Positions 25,848 to 37,901 of a stretch of 64,000 nucleotides of DNA are shown here, piece after piece. How positions within the stretch are numbered: the first letter of the stretch is position 1; the number at the start of each line of letters is the position of its first letter. The notes beneath the pieces are model-generated. The model saw only the letters and a list, made by a program, of their open reading frames with translations. It made no database searches and was not told the DNA's origin. Made by a program: the position numbers and the translations under genes. This stretch comes from Octopus sinensis (Eukaryota), in the NCBI RefSeq assembly GCF_006345805.1, contig NC_043009.1, positions 25,544,001-25,608,000 of the forward strand, in the 5' to 3' direction.

Positions 25848-28800
25848 CCCCCCCTGATCTACAGATCCCTGAACCGGCTTTCTCACTCGCTTCCCGCTCC
25901 CAAACTCACACCGTAACTGGTTTCATAATCAGCCAACCAGGGAGGAGGGTGCCGTTCCCTCTGTGGTTGCAGTGCGACCCTAGGACTGGTTCCTGGCATG
26001 TTGCTGCTGGCCTCATTATCCTGTCTACTGGTGTTGTTTTCATCTTGCCCACTGCTGCTGGTTCCATCCTCTGAGGCATGGACAATCCTCCGTATATCCA
26101 AAACGTGGCGTGGCATACCATCGACCGAGATGCTGTGCCATTATCCAGAAGCAGTTCATCCACGGGGCTTCGTTCCAGGAATATCTCATTTAATACTTTC
26201 ACAATTTCTTCTACAGTCCCCGTCTTCATCTCCCTCCATATGGCCAACCGCCCCGGTCCGCAGTCAACCATTGAGAGGTATGTCCCCTGCCGGTAGTGTG
26301 TTATGTCCACCGCCAGTCGTTTCCAGTCATGGTCCACTGGAATACTTCCCGCTTCATGTACGCCCGGGTCGATGGACTGGCACCTGTCACAACTGCTAAC
26401 CACTCTCTGCACGCTCTGTCTTGTTACATTGGAGTCAACTTTTCTGGCTAGGAACAATGTCCTGTCCACACCCATGTGATGCATGGTATGCTGTCTCCGC
26501 AACTCCGAGTCGCTCAGACGGCATACAGCAGCTACAGCCTGCTTCGCATCCTCTGGCACCTGCAACCAGGCTCGCTTTACCCTGCTCAGGACATCTGCCC
26601 TGTTCTTCTCGGAAGGCACAAAGATCACGCTCAGCTTCAGATTGAACTCAGTGGTTAGTTCATGCAGTATTCCCAATTGACGCTTTACCAGCATCTCTGC
26701 AGCCCCTTTGGTCTGCACCCTCCGCTCATTGATGATGACTGCTGTCACCCAACCAAGTACAGTGGCCGAATCAGTCCTGATTTCTATGGTGTGCAACCTA
26801 CACTTCAAGGCTAGGTTCACCCCCTTCAACACGGCATCCAACTCCGCCACATTGATGTGATTGCAGTCATCTGTCTTCCTGAGCCAGGCTGCATCTTCCA
26901 CCATGACACCTCCCACTTCTAAGACAACCCCTGATGCGATGCTACTAGCGTCACACCATACAATTCCGCTCTTTGATTTGGGAACATACCAGCTGCCCCT
27001 CACTGGGTCCTCTGCTCCTACTCTGACCAAGACTTCCTGCATCATGTCGATCGTCCTCTCCCCCACTCTATCATTCCACTTCACTCCTTCGGCTCGTCTC
27101 TTGATGAAGCTACATGCTGTCCGGAGCCAACTTGCAACCGGGTAGTGTCCCACCAGCTTCCCACACATAGAGAACAGTTCCCGTCTACTCATGCTGGCGC
27201 CCAGTTCAGGGACCTCATTCCCTCACCGGAACACCAACGCGCCGGCCTTGTCTCTCCATAGCTTGAGGCCCAGTGTGGCACCTCTCTCCATTGCCTCTGG
27301 TGGTTTGGCGATCAGTCCAAAACTCTTCAGGTGGCCTACGATCTCCGTTGCTGGCATTACGGTTTCATCCACCAGAATGTCATCGATGTATGAATTGGTG
27401 GCCCTTTTTACTCTGTCCACCTTTCCCAGGATGGCCTTGAGAATTGTTGCCATAATCTTTGGCGCTGAATTCAGCCCGAACCCCAACCTGGTCAGACAGT
27501 ACATCCGGCCCTTATACATGACAAGCTGGTACTTCCACAATTTCTCAGCCACATGCACCTGTAGGTATGCCGACTTCAAATCAACAATCGTGGAGGCCCC
27601 TGTCATCTGCCTCCACTCTTTCAAGGTGTCTCCGCAGACATCTGTGGCCTCGCTGCCTGTATGACACGATACGTGGTCATTCAGCTCTCGGAAGTCAAGC
27701 ACTGGCCTGACCTTATGCTTTGTGGGCTGTATCACCGCCATCAGTGGCAGGACTACGCTCTCTTCTTTTTCCCAAGGGATCAATATGCCCTCCTTAATCC
27801 ACTGCTCCACCTCCCCCTCGAACTCACTTCTGGCATCTCCTTTTAGAGTATGCTGATAGCAGCCCACTTTATTCTTTAACATCGGGGGCTCTCCCTTCCA
27901 GTGCCACTCCACTGTCCACCTCTTGCCATCAAAGACAGCCCGAAAATCCTGGTCTGCAATGGTGTGCGCAGCATGCTTTTCCTCACGGTTGTCACTGGTG
28001 CATGGTCTCGCCCTACATGGTTTCCCCGCTAACCCAAACGTTACACCAGCCTCGTTAATGGTGACACCTCCGAAGCGGGTGACTGCATCCATCCCCATCA
28101 CCACGTCAATCTCGTCCACCAAGTGATCAACCACAATCGCTCGCAGCGTCAGCTGTAGTCCCTGCACTACAATCCGCGCATCTATAACCCCTTTGCAGTG
28201 TACTTCTCTTCCGTCGAAAGCTCTAACACTGCTTTCTCCACTCTATGTCTCTGCCACTTCTGTAGTCATCAGGGTTGTCGTACAGCTCGTGTCCACAAGG
28301 GCTCGCGACATCTTCCCCTCCACCAGAATGTCGACCACAGGTAGCGACGATAAACGTGCCTCTACTGATCCGAAGGGACAACTACTGGCGCAGTAGTCTC
28401 CCTCAGTCCGTTTCCCCACAGGCACTCGCTGGCTATATGCCCCGGTTCTCGACGCCGGTAGCAAATCACCTCAGGCTTGGGTGACTCGCAGTCACGCACA
28501 ATGTGCGGACCTTGGCACCGGAAACACTGTCCTTTGAACGGTCGCACACATTCTTTCTTTGGCCCCTCTCCGCTGCTCCTAGCTCAGCCACTTTTCGAAG
28601 TTGCAGTCACTGCTACCGACGTCCTTCTGCTGCACGAAACTAATACGCGTGCCCGAGATATGATGTCCGCCATCGGCATCGCATGAACATTTGGAAGCTA
28701 CTGTAGCTCGACCGACATGTTATCAGGAAAGCCAGTCACGGACGCCAACCTAACCGTCCGGTCCAGTGACTCTCCCTCATAACCCGCCAGTTTAGCCAAT

Positions 28801-29155
28801 CTCCTAAGTTCATTGGCAAACACATCCACCTGTTCCCCAGTCCATCTTGTTCTACCCAGGTGAGCGTATGCCTCAAACATTCCCTCCGCAAAGGCCTCCA
28901 TCAACCGAATTTCCACTTTCTCTGTGCTGAGTTGGTCTGTCTCCTCCATCTCTAGGTACAACACCAATGCCGGACCATCCAAGTACAGCGGCATGAAGCT
29001 CGCCAGGTCACTTATATCATGGAGCTTCACCACCAACTTCACTTTCTTCAACCAAGTGACTACATCTGTGTCGCCGCAAAACGGTTGTATCATGTCATGC
29101 AAAATACGGGCACTCATCATTCGTTTTTTTTTTTGTTTATAACGGCGAAATAGCT

Positions 29156-29404
29156 TGTAGTGTGACGGATGAAGAGGACAACAGAAAAAGAGAAGGAAAT
29201 ACAACGGGCCTTACCTCAGTGAAGACCAGATCTCTCTCAACAAAGTCAATGCGTCTCATCGCTTCCTTGTCTCAGCTCCAACTGCCGGCTTCGTTGATCC
29301 CACACGTGCGTGCTGCCTCACCGCTTCCGCTTCCCACTGCGCATGCGCCCTGCAAGCCCTACTTCTGCCCTCCCTTATCTGTCATCCTCTCCACCGACAC
29401 CACA
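29156..29404 (-). repeat. 5' LTR
   Basis: Direct repeat of 25603-25847 with 14 substitutions counted by eye. Confidence 0.93.
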
Positions 29405-29741
29405 ATATATATATGCACACACATATGCACATATTATCTTTATATAACCTCTATCTTCCATGCTGCTATAGGTCGGACATATATCTATGTATGCACATGC
29501 ATACCCTTACATGCATGTACATACACGCCCATACACACATACAACACACACACAATTTACACATAGAACTGGGTTTTTTTCTGTTTCTGCCTATCAAATC
29601 CACTCACAACTCATGCGTTTTCTGCATGGAGGAAAGTCATATGCCATGGAAAACAAGTAACTGGCCTCACAACTCCTAGGAATTGTTGCATTACTTACTT
29701 TATGTTAAAAGAAGAATGTAAAAGAATGTGTTTGCACTTAC

Positions 29742-29978
29742 ATTGACTCTGTCGTGCTTGTCTAAATGTCGAACAAAAATAGCCAACACACAGTATATGA
29801 TAAATATGACCAAAAGTACAGCTAGGATGAATGGGTTTTCCAAGATTTTTTCATCCAAGTTGAAGAATATTTCATCAAAGTCAAGTTTGCCGGGTGTAAT
29901 GATTTCAATAACTGAAGTAAAAGTGCCAAAAAGGTTGCTTTCTAACACCAAATTATAATTGGTTTCCAAGGCTTTAGT
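29742..29978 (-). CDS. Polycystin-1-like exon: degenerate GPS plus TM1
   Basis: ttttctag acceptor, gtaagt donor, 237 bp, phase 0/0; TKALETNYNLVLESNLFGTFTS...PGKLDFDEIFF...ENPFILAVLLVIFIIYCVLAIFVRHLDKHDRVN. Confidence 0.9.
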
Positions 29979-30021
29979 CTAGAAAATAAGTAAAGAAATT
30001 GTATACATGCTTGTAATCATA

Positions 30022-30878
30022 CAATGTGTGATCAATAAGTATCTGGACTGTTGTTATAATAATGAACCTAAAGCCTACTGAGTGACACTACTTAGCATAG
30101 ATTGACCTTAAACTCAGCTGTGCATGCGTGCTAAATTTTAACATTCTAGTTCACTTCTGTGAAGGTGTGTAGTGTGTGATCGTTGCACGGAGCATAACAG
30201 AGATACCTGCTCAGAGGCCTACGCAAAGTTGCAGAAAGAGTATGGAGAGGAGTGTATGAGCCGCATTCAAGTGCATGAGTGGTTCAGATGTTTCCAAGAT
30301 GGCTGGAAAAATGTCAATAGCGATGAAGTTCTGGGAGACCTGCAACCAGCAGAACTGAGAAGAACATTGCAGCTGTGCATGGAGCTGTGAGGGCAAATAA
30401 TCGAAACACCATCCGTCAGTTATCAGAGGATATGCATTTTAGTTATGGTTCAGTTCAGCCCATTACCACGGATGATTTGTGTATGAGACGTGTGTCTGCC
30501 AAGTTTGTGCCAAAACTGTTTTCGGCTGACCAAAAAGACACTTGGGTTTCAGTTGCACAAGATCTCTTTGATTCTGTTGAGAACGATGAAAACTTTCTGA
30601 AATCTTGTGTAGGCCTCTGAATAGGTATCTCCGAGCTTTTGGCAAAATTTGATGCCGATTCTCTGCTCAGCTTTCTCTGTCATGGTCAATTCAATGATCA
30701 CATGCTACACACCTTCCTTCCCAGCACTCTTGTAAACAGCAGGAAGTGAGCTAGAACGCTAAAACTTAGTGCACATCTACAGCAGAGTTGAAGAACAATC
30801 TGTGCCAAGCAGCTTTACTCTGTGTGCCTTAGCTTCGTCACTATAGCAGCAGTCCAGATACTTATTGATCAGACCACA
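30022..30878 (+). mobile_element. Internally deleted mariner element with about 30-bp TIRs
   Basis: TIR core tgatcaataagtatctggactg at 30028 and its reverse complement at about 30850-30872; transposase N-terminus (EAYAKLQKEYGEECMSRIQVHEWFRCF; RRVSAKFVPK). Confidence 0.85.
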
Positions 30879-30883
30879 TACAT

Positions 30884-31104
30884 ACGAGTGTCCTGAAAAG
30901 TTCCTGGCTTTGGGGTAAAGGGAAATACAGAAGAGTCAGTTAAATATGATTTTATTCAACATATTCCCCTCTCAAATTTACGCATTTATTCCAATAGTCC
31001 TTCAGTTTTTTTAAGCCCAGTAAAAGAACTTGGAAATTTAGGCATTCAGCCTGGCATTTCACTATACCCTTAAAGCCAGGATTTTTTCGGCACCCTTGTC
31101 GTAC
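30884..31104 (-). mobile_element. Short mariner derivative (transposase C-terminus between decayed TIRs)
   Basis: WNKCVNLRGEYVE in ORF 30952..31146; imperfect inverted ends aaagttcctggcttt / aaagccaggattttt. Confidence 0.65.
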
Positions 31105-31270
31105 ATGTATATGAGGAGAGACAATGCAAATCATTGTTTTATACACTAGAAATGACCTTGATATCTGGGATAATAAATATCTGCAAACCTTCTTAAAATT
31201 TAATGGACAGTGAACAAAACAAAATGCTTTCTTTCACAACCTTGCCACCAAATAGGTGATTGGTTAAAAT

Positions 31271-32035
31271 TTACTGTAAATTAAACACAAAAATAGAACA
31301 TGCATGCATACATACATTCATACATACATATATACATGCATACATACATACATGCATACTTGCATACATATATACATGCATACATATATGCATACATGCA
31401 TACATAATGCATATGTGCATGCACATATATATGCATACATATGTATATGCATATATACATGCATACATACATGCATACATGCATACCTACATTCATGCAC
31501 ACATTCATACATACATGCATACATGCAAATATATATACATATATTCATACATACATACATGCAGGTATACATATATACATACATGCATACATACATATAT
31601 ACATGTATGCATGCATACATACATATATGATGCATACATGCTTGCATATATACATGCAAATATATATACATTACTGTAAATTAAACCGAAAAATAGAATA
31701 TGCAGGCATACATACATACATACATACATACATACATACATGTATGCATACCTACATTCATGCACACATTCATACATACATGCATACATGCAAATATATA
31801 TACATATATTTATACATACATAATGCATGTAAACATACATACATATATATACATACATGCATGCATACATACATATATACATGTATACATGCATACATAC
31901 AAACATGATGCATACACACTTGCATTCATACATGCAAATATATATGCATATATTTATACATACATATATACACACATGCATACATACCTGATGCATACAT
32001 ACATACACACATCGATTCATGCATGCATATATATG
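31271..32035. repeat. Cryptic (CATA/TGCA)-rich satellite with a 400-bp internal duplication
   Basis: ttactgtaaattaaac..aaaaatagaa at 31271 and 31671. Confidence 0.85.
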
Positions 32036-32503
32036 AAAGATTTGGTTGTTATACTGCTGCTTGACATCTATCACTGAGGAGCACATAGCAGGGTGAAATT
32101 ATGTGATCTGGAAGCACTGGCATTTGTAGCAGATGACCCTCATGTGTTAACGATAATAATACAAGTGCTTTAATGTACCACGAGTTCATATGAGATGTCC
32201 TCTCTGGGTAAATAAGGCAGTATTCTGTGTTTTAACGCAACCTCCATATTATGTTTGAGATCAACATCTTACGTATGAATTTTCTAATTGTTGTTTTGTT
32301 TTCCTTCTATGCAATCTTTGAATCATTACACACATACATACATACATAAATACATTCATACACGCATAATATATATGCACATACATACAAATACATACAC
32401 ATACACATATATATATATTTATGTATATGTGTGTGTGCACATATCTATATGTATGTGTGTGTATTATGCATGCATGCGCGTATATATGTTATATATGTAT
32501 ATA

Positions 32504-32546
<43 letters not shown>

Positions 32547-32689
32547 TTTATTTAAAAGCAGCAGAAATTCAACAAAACCGAGTAACATGTTTTGTTGAAT
32601 TTCTGCTACTTTTAAATAAAGCATATTACTCTACCCCTGGTATTTGAGTACTCTTTTTTCGACCTTGTTTCACATTTATGCGTTTACTC

Positions 32690-32777
<88 letters not shown>

Positions 32778-33077
32778 ATATATATATATATATACATATA
32801 TACTATATGCGAGTAGCAAAGATATACAAGTGTCAATTCATTATGGCTGTTTCAAGTGGCTCCTTGATAATTGAAAACATTACATCATTGCAAAGAAACC
32901 GTTTTTGTCAGGTTGACTTCAAACACAAAGGACCAACTAACTGCTTTAACATATTCATATCACCAACTGGAGCTCAAATATTTTTCTTTGATTTTGCAGT
33001 TGTTTCTTTGGCAGAATGAGTTTAGAATTCAGCCTATGTATTGTCAAGGCTACAAGAATTTAGAGGTTAGTAGAGGT

Positions 33078-33349
33078 TATAGTGAATTTTATGGAAAAAG
33101 TATAAATTGTCACAAATTTATAAACTACAAAAATGTTAAAAATATATTAGAAAGGATAAACAAGGCATAAAAATATATAGAAAATATTAAAATAAAATAG
33201 AAGAATTTATAAGATATAATGAATAATTAAAAAATAAATAAACCATGAGAATATGTAAAAAGGTATATAAAGGTAAAGAATATAAAAATAAAAAATATAA
33301 TTTTTATAAATATGTGACAATTTATACTTTTTTCATAAAATTCACTATA
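33078..33349. mobile_element. AT-rich foldback element or MITE with 47-bp TIRs
   Basis: tatagtgaattttatggaaaaagtataaattgtcacaaatttataaa and its reverse complement (2 mismatches); TA at both ends. Confidence 0.7.
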
Positions 33350-33983
33350 TACTGTAATTTTATATTACTATATTTCTTAATTTCGTAGACGTATATTGTC
33401 GTTCAATGCTTGAAATGAGGAGTATATAGACATCTAACAACTGATGAAGGGTCGTTCTTTATGTTACTTGTCCTGTTTTCCATTTGTTTCTCTCATTGTT
33501 TACGAATAGAACTCATTTGTTTTCGCATTTCATATTGTTTACAATTGGTGACGTCCTGTACACATGTATATATATGGATGGATACCCTTCCTAACACCAA
33601 CCACTGCACAGAGTGTATGAAGCATCATCATCAGTGCTTTATGCATGACACAAGCATGAGCGCTTTGTGTGGCACGAGTGTGGGTGTTTTATACATGACA
33701 CTAGCACAGATACTTTATATGTGTCATCAGCGTGGACACTTTGTTACATGACACCAGCATGAGTGCCTTATAGGTGGTACCAGCATGAATCCTTTTTACA
33801 TGGCACCAGCAGGTGTGCTTCTTATGTGGCAACAGTACTCATGAGCTTTGAAGGAGGAAAATGCAAAATCAGGCATTGGCAGTATTTGAACTCTCTCACT
33901 TTAGGTTGTCAACATACCTTTATATCATTGTTTGGTTTCTTATTTTTTCTTCCATCATCATAAACATGTGGAGTGAAACTTAC

Positions 33984-34042
33984 AATTTTCGTCTGTAAAT
34001 TACGTGGTATACTTCTCTTTTGGATACTTCCATCTGTTGCCT
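33984..34042 (-). CDS. Polycystin-1-like micro-exon (ATDGSIQKRSIPRNLQTKI)
   Basis: tctttccag acceptor, gtaagt donor, 59 bp, phase 1/0; bridges the 42369 and 29978 exons. Confidence 0.5.
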
Positions 34043-34819
34043 CTGGAAAGAATTACAGAAAACATTTAGAATTTTAAGTGATGACTTTCATATAAATGCA
34101 TTAGTATTGGTTTTCAATGTGTTTTCATTCTTTATTCCTTGTTAAATTCTTTACTGCACCCTATCAGTTAGTTTGGTTATGACCATAATGGAGAGTTGGT
34201 AGTTTACTGTTTCAAGAACTCTTGTCTTTATCAGAAAAGAAAAAGACAAGTGCTGTTGGCTTATTTGTAGGCAGTGAATGAATAAAAGAATTGCAGTGAA
34301 AGAGAGAAGTGGTAGATGTGATGTGTACAGACAGTTAGTACCATCTTAAGTAAAGTAAAGTAAAATATATAGTAATGTATAAAGTATAAAGTAAAGTATA
34401 AAGTAAAGTAACCTTCTCGAGTCGTGTCAACTCATAATGGCCATTTCCCAGTTTTATAGCGAGATGTCCCCATCTGGACAGGACACCAGTCCTTCATAGA
34501 ATTACTCACTTTTGCCAGCTGAGTGGACTGGAGTAATATGGAATGAAATGTTTTGCTCAAGAACACATGTCATTCGGCTCTGCAATCAAAAATACGATCA
34601 TGAGTCCAACAGCCTAACCAATAAGCCATGTGCCTCCACTTTTAGGTAAGTGATACTCAAGAGTTGGTTGGTCTCCTCACTGTTTAGGAGACCAATTTGA
34701 TCTGTCCATACTTTTACTTACTGAAACTAAAGGGCCCAGTGCATTGATTTGTTAAGGGGCCTCATGAGCATAGGAGCCCAACCTGATCTATCTCTACTGT
34801 AGCTTGCTCTTAATAGATA

Positions 34820-36331
34820 CTAGCAGTATCGCCCGGCGTTGCTCGGGTTTGTAAGGGAAATAACTATATAAGCATTTTTAGAGAGTTATAGCCAAAAAAT
34901 AGCAAAAAATGCATTAAAAATGGAAAAAATATGATGGTAAATTTTTTTTTAAATCGTTGACTCATCGTAGACATTTTTAGAGAGTTACTTCCCTTATATA
35001 ATAGCGAAAAAATGCATTAAAATGGAAAAAAAACGATGGTAAATTTTTTTTTAAATCGTAGACTCATGTAGACGCTTTCTTAGCCATTTCTGTTTTGGTG
35101 TCTTCAAGCCATGAAGTCGTTGTTCTAAAAGAACGCTGGTCTCCTTGACAACGCATTACGACGTTGATTTCCTTACACTCCCTTCCCCACAGGTGCAGGT
35201 GTGAGCGTGGACGCCAACTCCACCGCCATCGACACACGAAAAATTATGCATTAAAATGGAATAAAAAATGATGTTAAATTATTTTTAAAATCGTAGACTC
35301 ATCGTAGACGCGCGCTAATACTCAGACGGGCTCGATATGAATCACGACTATAAGCTACCCGAATTTGGTTAAACTGCACCGCAAAATGTGGGAGTAGTTA
35401 GGAATCTAAATCGAAGGGGACAGACACTCACCCAACTACAGTTTTATATATATAGATATACATAGCGCAGTAGTGGTGAGATGTGACAGCAAAGAAAAGC
35501 ATACATTCACTCTCTGCACGCAATTAGACTCGGAAAGTTCGTGAGGAACCCATTGACCCAATTTGCTGACTTTTCCGATAGCACACAGGTGTCAATGAAT
35601 GGTTGAATGACCAAATCCAAGCTTCTCTGCTAGTTCCTCAACAGTTACGATGAGATTTTGTTCCACCAGGGTTTTCAGGATGTCCTTGTCGAGTTCTACA
35701 GATCTTTCAGGATGAGGCTCGTGTTCGAGGCTGTAGTTTATGGCTCGGAATTTCTGGAACCACCATTGACACTGCCTTACGCTTATTGTCCAATCCCCAT
35801 ATACTGCATTAATATTTCTTGTACTTTCCGTTGCATTGTTGTCTTTATTGAACTCATAAAGCAAAATATGCCAAATATGCTCCTTTGTTACTTCCAACAT
35901 AGCTTTGAAAAAAATAGCTGTTAAAATCGAAATGCACTCTTCAAAACTTGCACTATGAATAAGGACAAGATAAAATTACTACCTGCTTTTATAGCAAGTT
36001 AATATAAGTAGTTTATCCCATTCCCCTCTGACTTTTAGTTCAAGCTGTTGAATAAACCGCATTATTATATATATATACATACATACATACATACATATAC
36101 ACACACACTCTCTCTCTCACACACATGCACACATTTATATTCTGTTATTCTTTTATATGTTTCAGCCTTGAGGTTGTGGCCATGCTGGATCATGTGTGTG
36201 TGTGTGTGTCTATCTGTCTGTCTGTCTGTATGTATATATGTATATGTATGTGTGTGAACAATAATATTTTCAACAGATGTGTTGCAAATGTATCTGATTG
36301 TTCTCAAGCTTCAATACTGTGTGTGTGTGTA

Positions 36332-36362
<31 letters not shown>

Positions 36363-36963
36363 ATGTATGTATGTATGTATATGTATGTATGTATGTGTGT
36401 ATGTATGTATGTGTGTGTATGTGTGTGTATGTATGTATGTATGTATGTATGTATGTATGTATGAGTGTATGTTTACTTTATTACTAACACAAGCCACTAC
36501 GGTTATTTAATGTAAAGTCTTCCTCAAATCACTCTCTCTCGCTATTTACTCTCTTCCAAGAACATTTTCACTCACTCTTATCTCTTAGCTTCCCATACAT
36601 TTTACTCATGTATCTATCAGCGTCATAGACAGAAACAAATATTACATCGCCATCGTCACCGCATTCTATTGTCTACCTGTCAACACACTGAATTACTTTC
36701 ACTTTATTCGTAGCACACTGTGTGTGTGCGTTTGCGTGTGCTGTAAACCAGACTAAGAAAAGCATTTGACATACACACCAGAATGTGAGTTTTCTGTAAA
36801 TTTTGCTTAATTGGAGTTTAAATTTTAAAAACTGGACTTGGCATGACCCGATGCATTCTACTCTTAAAAATGCTAGGTAAATTGTAATTGAAGAAATCCT
36901 ATATTGTAGATTTCTATAAGATACAAAGGGAGGCAGATAAAATCTGCCTTTTATAATAAGAGA
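34820..36963 (-). mobile_element. Composite non-autonomous Helitron carrying a mariner fragment and microsatellites
   Basis: Minus-strand 5' end TCTCTTATTATAAAAGGCAG at 36963; 3' hairpin cccgagcaacgccggg plus CTAG at 34820; A|T insertion site without TSD; inner second 5' end TCTATATATATAAAACTG at 35456. Confidence 0.85.
35490..35990 (-). mobile_element. Mariner (Hsmar/SETMAR-like) transposase N-terminal fragment inside the Helitron
   Basis: ORF 35592..35900 (KEHIWHILLYEF...NINAVYG...QWWFQKFR..NYSLE...TVEELAEKLG..HSTIH); WVPHEL follows; partial inverted copy at about 38700-39050. Confidence 0.88.
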
Positions 36964-37811
36964 TATACTATAAGACCAAGTACATTAATTTGCCCAGAGG
37001 TCTTTAATGTTGTTAAGACAACCCTGTAGACAGCTGCATACACAGTTAGTGTGTTCACCTCCGTACCAGTATCCAGTCTGCATTAGATTCCGTTGTTAGA
37101 ACATTTTGACCAATGTCCGGCTTTTGAGTGAAGGGGACAGAGCAGAGAGATGTGTCTTACAGTAGAGAAGCTGCATGACAACTCACGCTTTAGAAAAGAG
37201 AGTAGAAGTGATTGAGTGCAACCAGAGTTTAGTGAGGGTGGGGGAGAGTAGGGGACTACTGACTGCTGAACAGCAGGACAGTAATATTGAAGGCAGGAGA
37301 ATCACACACACATGCATACACACACATACACACACATATATGCATGTATGTATGTATGTGTGTGTTCAATATTAGTGCATATATATATATATATATAGGC
37401 GCTAATATTGAACAGTGAGAATGAGTGTTTAAATGGTATTCGAACCCAAAAAGGAGATGTTTACCAACATTTCCTTGTGACATGCTTGAACAATTGTGAA
37501 GATCTCTTCACATGAAACCATCGGTAGCCTTCTTAACCTACATATAAAGTAAGTGTGCGTGTATATATGCAGATTTATATATATATATATCATTATCATC
37601 ATCGTTTAACGTCCATTTTCCATGCTAGCATGGGTTGGATGGTTCAACTGGGATCTGGGAGTGTTTCTACAGCTGGATGTCCTTCCTAATGCCAACCACT
37701 CCGAGAGTGTAGTGGGTGCTTTTTACGTGCCACCGATACAAGGGCCAGAGGGGGCTGGCAATGACCAAGATCGGTTGGTGATTTTTACATGCCACCAGCA
37801 CAGGGATCACA

Positions 37812-37890
<79 letters not shown>

Positions 37891-37901
37891 ATATATATAT
37901 A

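Larger units (their letters stand above)
25603..29404 (-). mobile_element. Two-LTR retrotransposon (gag-PR-RT-RH-IN order, Gypsy-like layout), degenerate
   Basis: LTRs 29156-29404 (TGTGGTG...CACTACA on the minus strand) and 25603-25847; G-rich PPT next to the 3' LTR; gag 28698..29204; CCHC knuckles (CFRCQGPHIVRDC); protease ALVDTSC; RT DLKSAY/FGLNSAP/YIDD; RNase H CDAS/HINVAEL/TDS/ADVLSR; integrase HHCC, LAVD and LLDNG; frameshifts between domains. Confidence 0.95.

Noticed and set aside
27191-27664. Plus-strand ORFs within the LTR element (also 25998..26399)
   Set aside because: Antisense shadows of pol with no motifs
25603-29404. Classifying the element as DIRS on the basis of RNase H
   Set aside because: It has direct LTRs, a PPT, a protease and an HHCC/DD integrase, and no tyrosine recombinase was seen
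31260-32086. Multiple overlapping His/Tyr/Ile or Met/Cys/Val-rich ORFs
   Set aside because: Translations of CATA/TATG satellite; the same applies to the YIYI/HTHT ORFs throughout the window
32678-33170. ORFs 32678..33019 and 32871..33170 as a missing GPS exon
   Set aside because: Wrong strand for the host gene; minus-strand frames contain stops and no C.YW/W..GC motif
37455-37527. AG…GT-bounded candidate exon between the 42369 and 34042 exons
   Set aside because: In the required phase 1 it starts with an in-frame TAA
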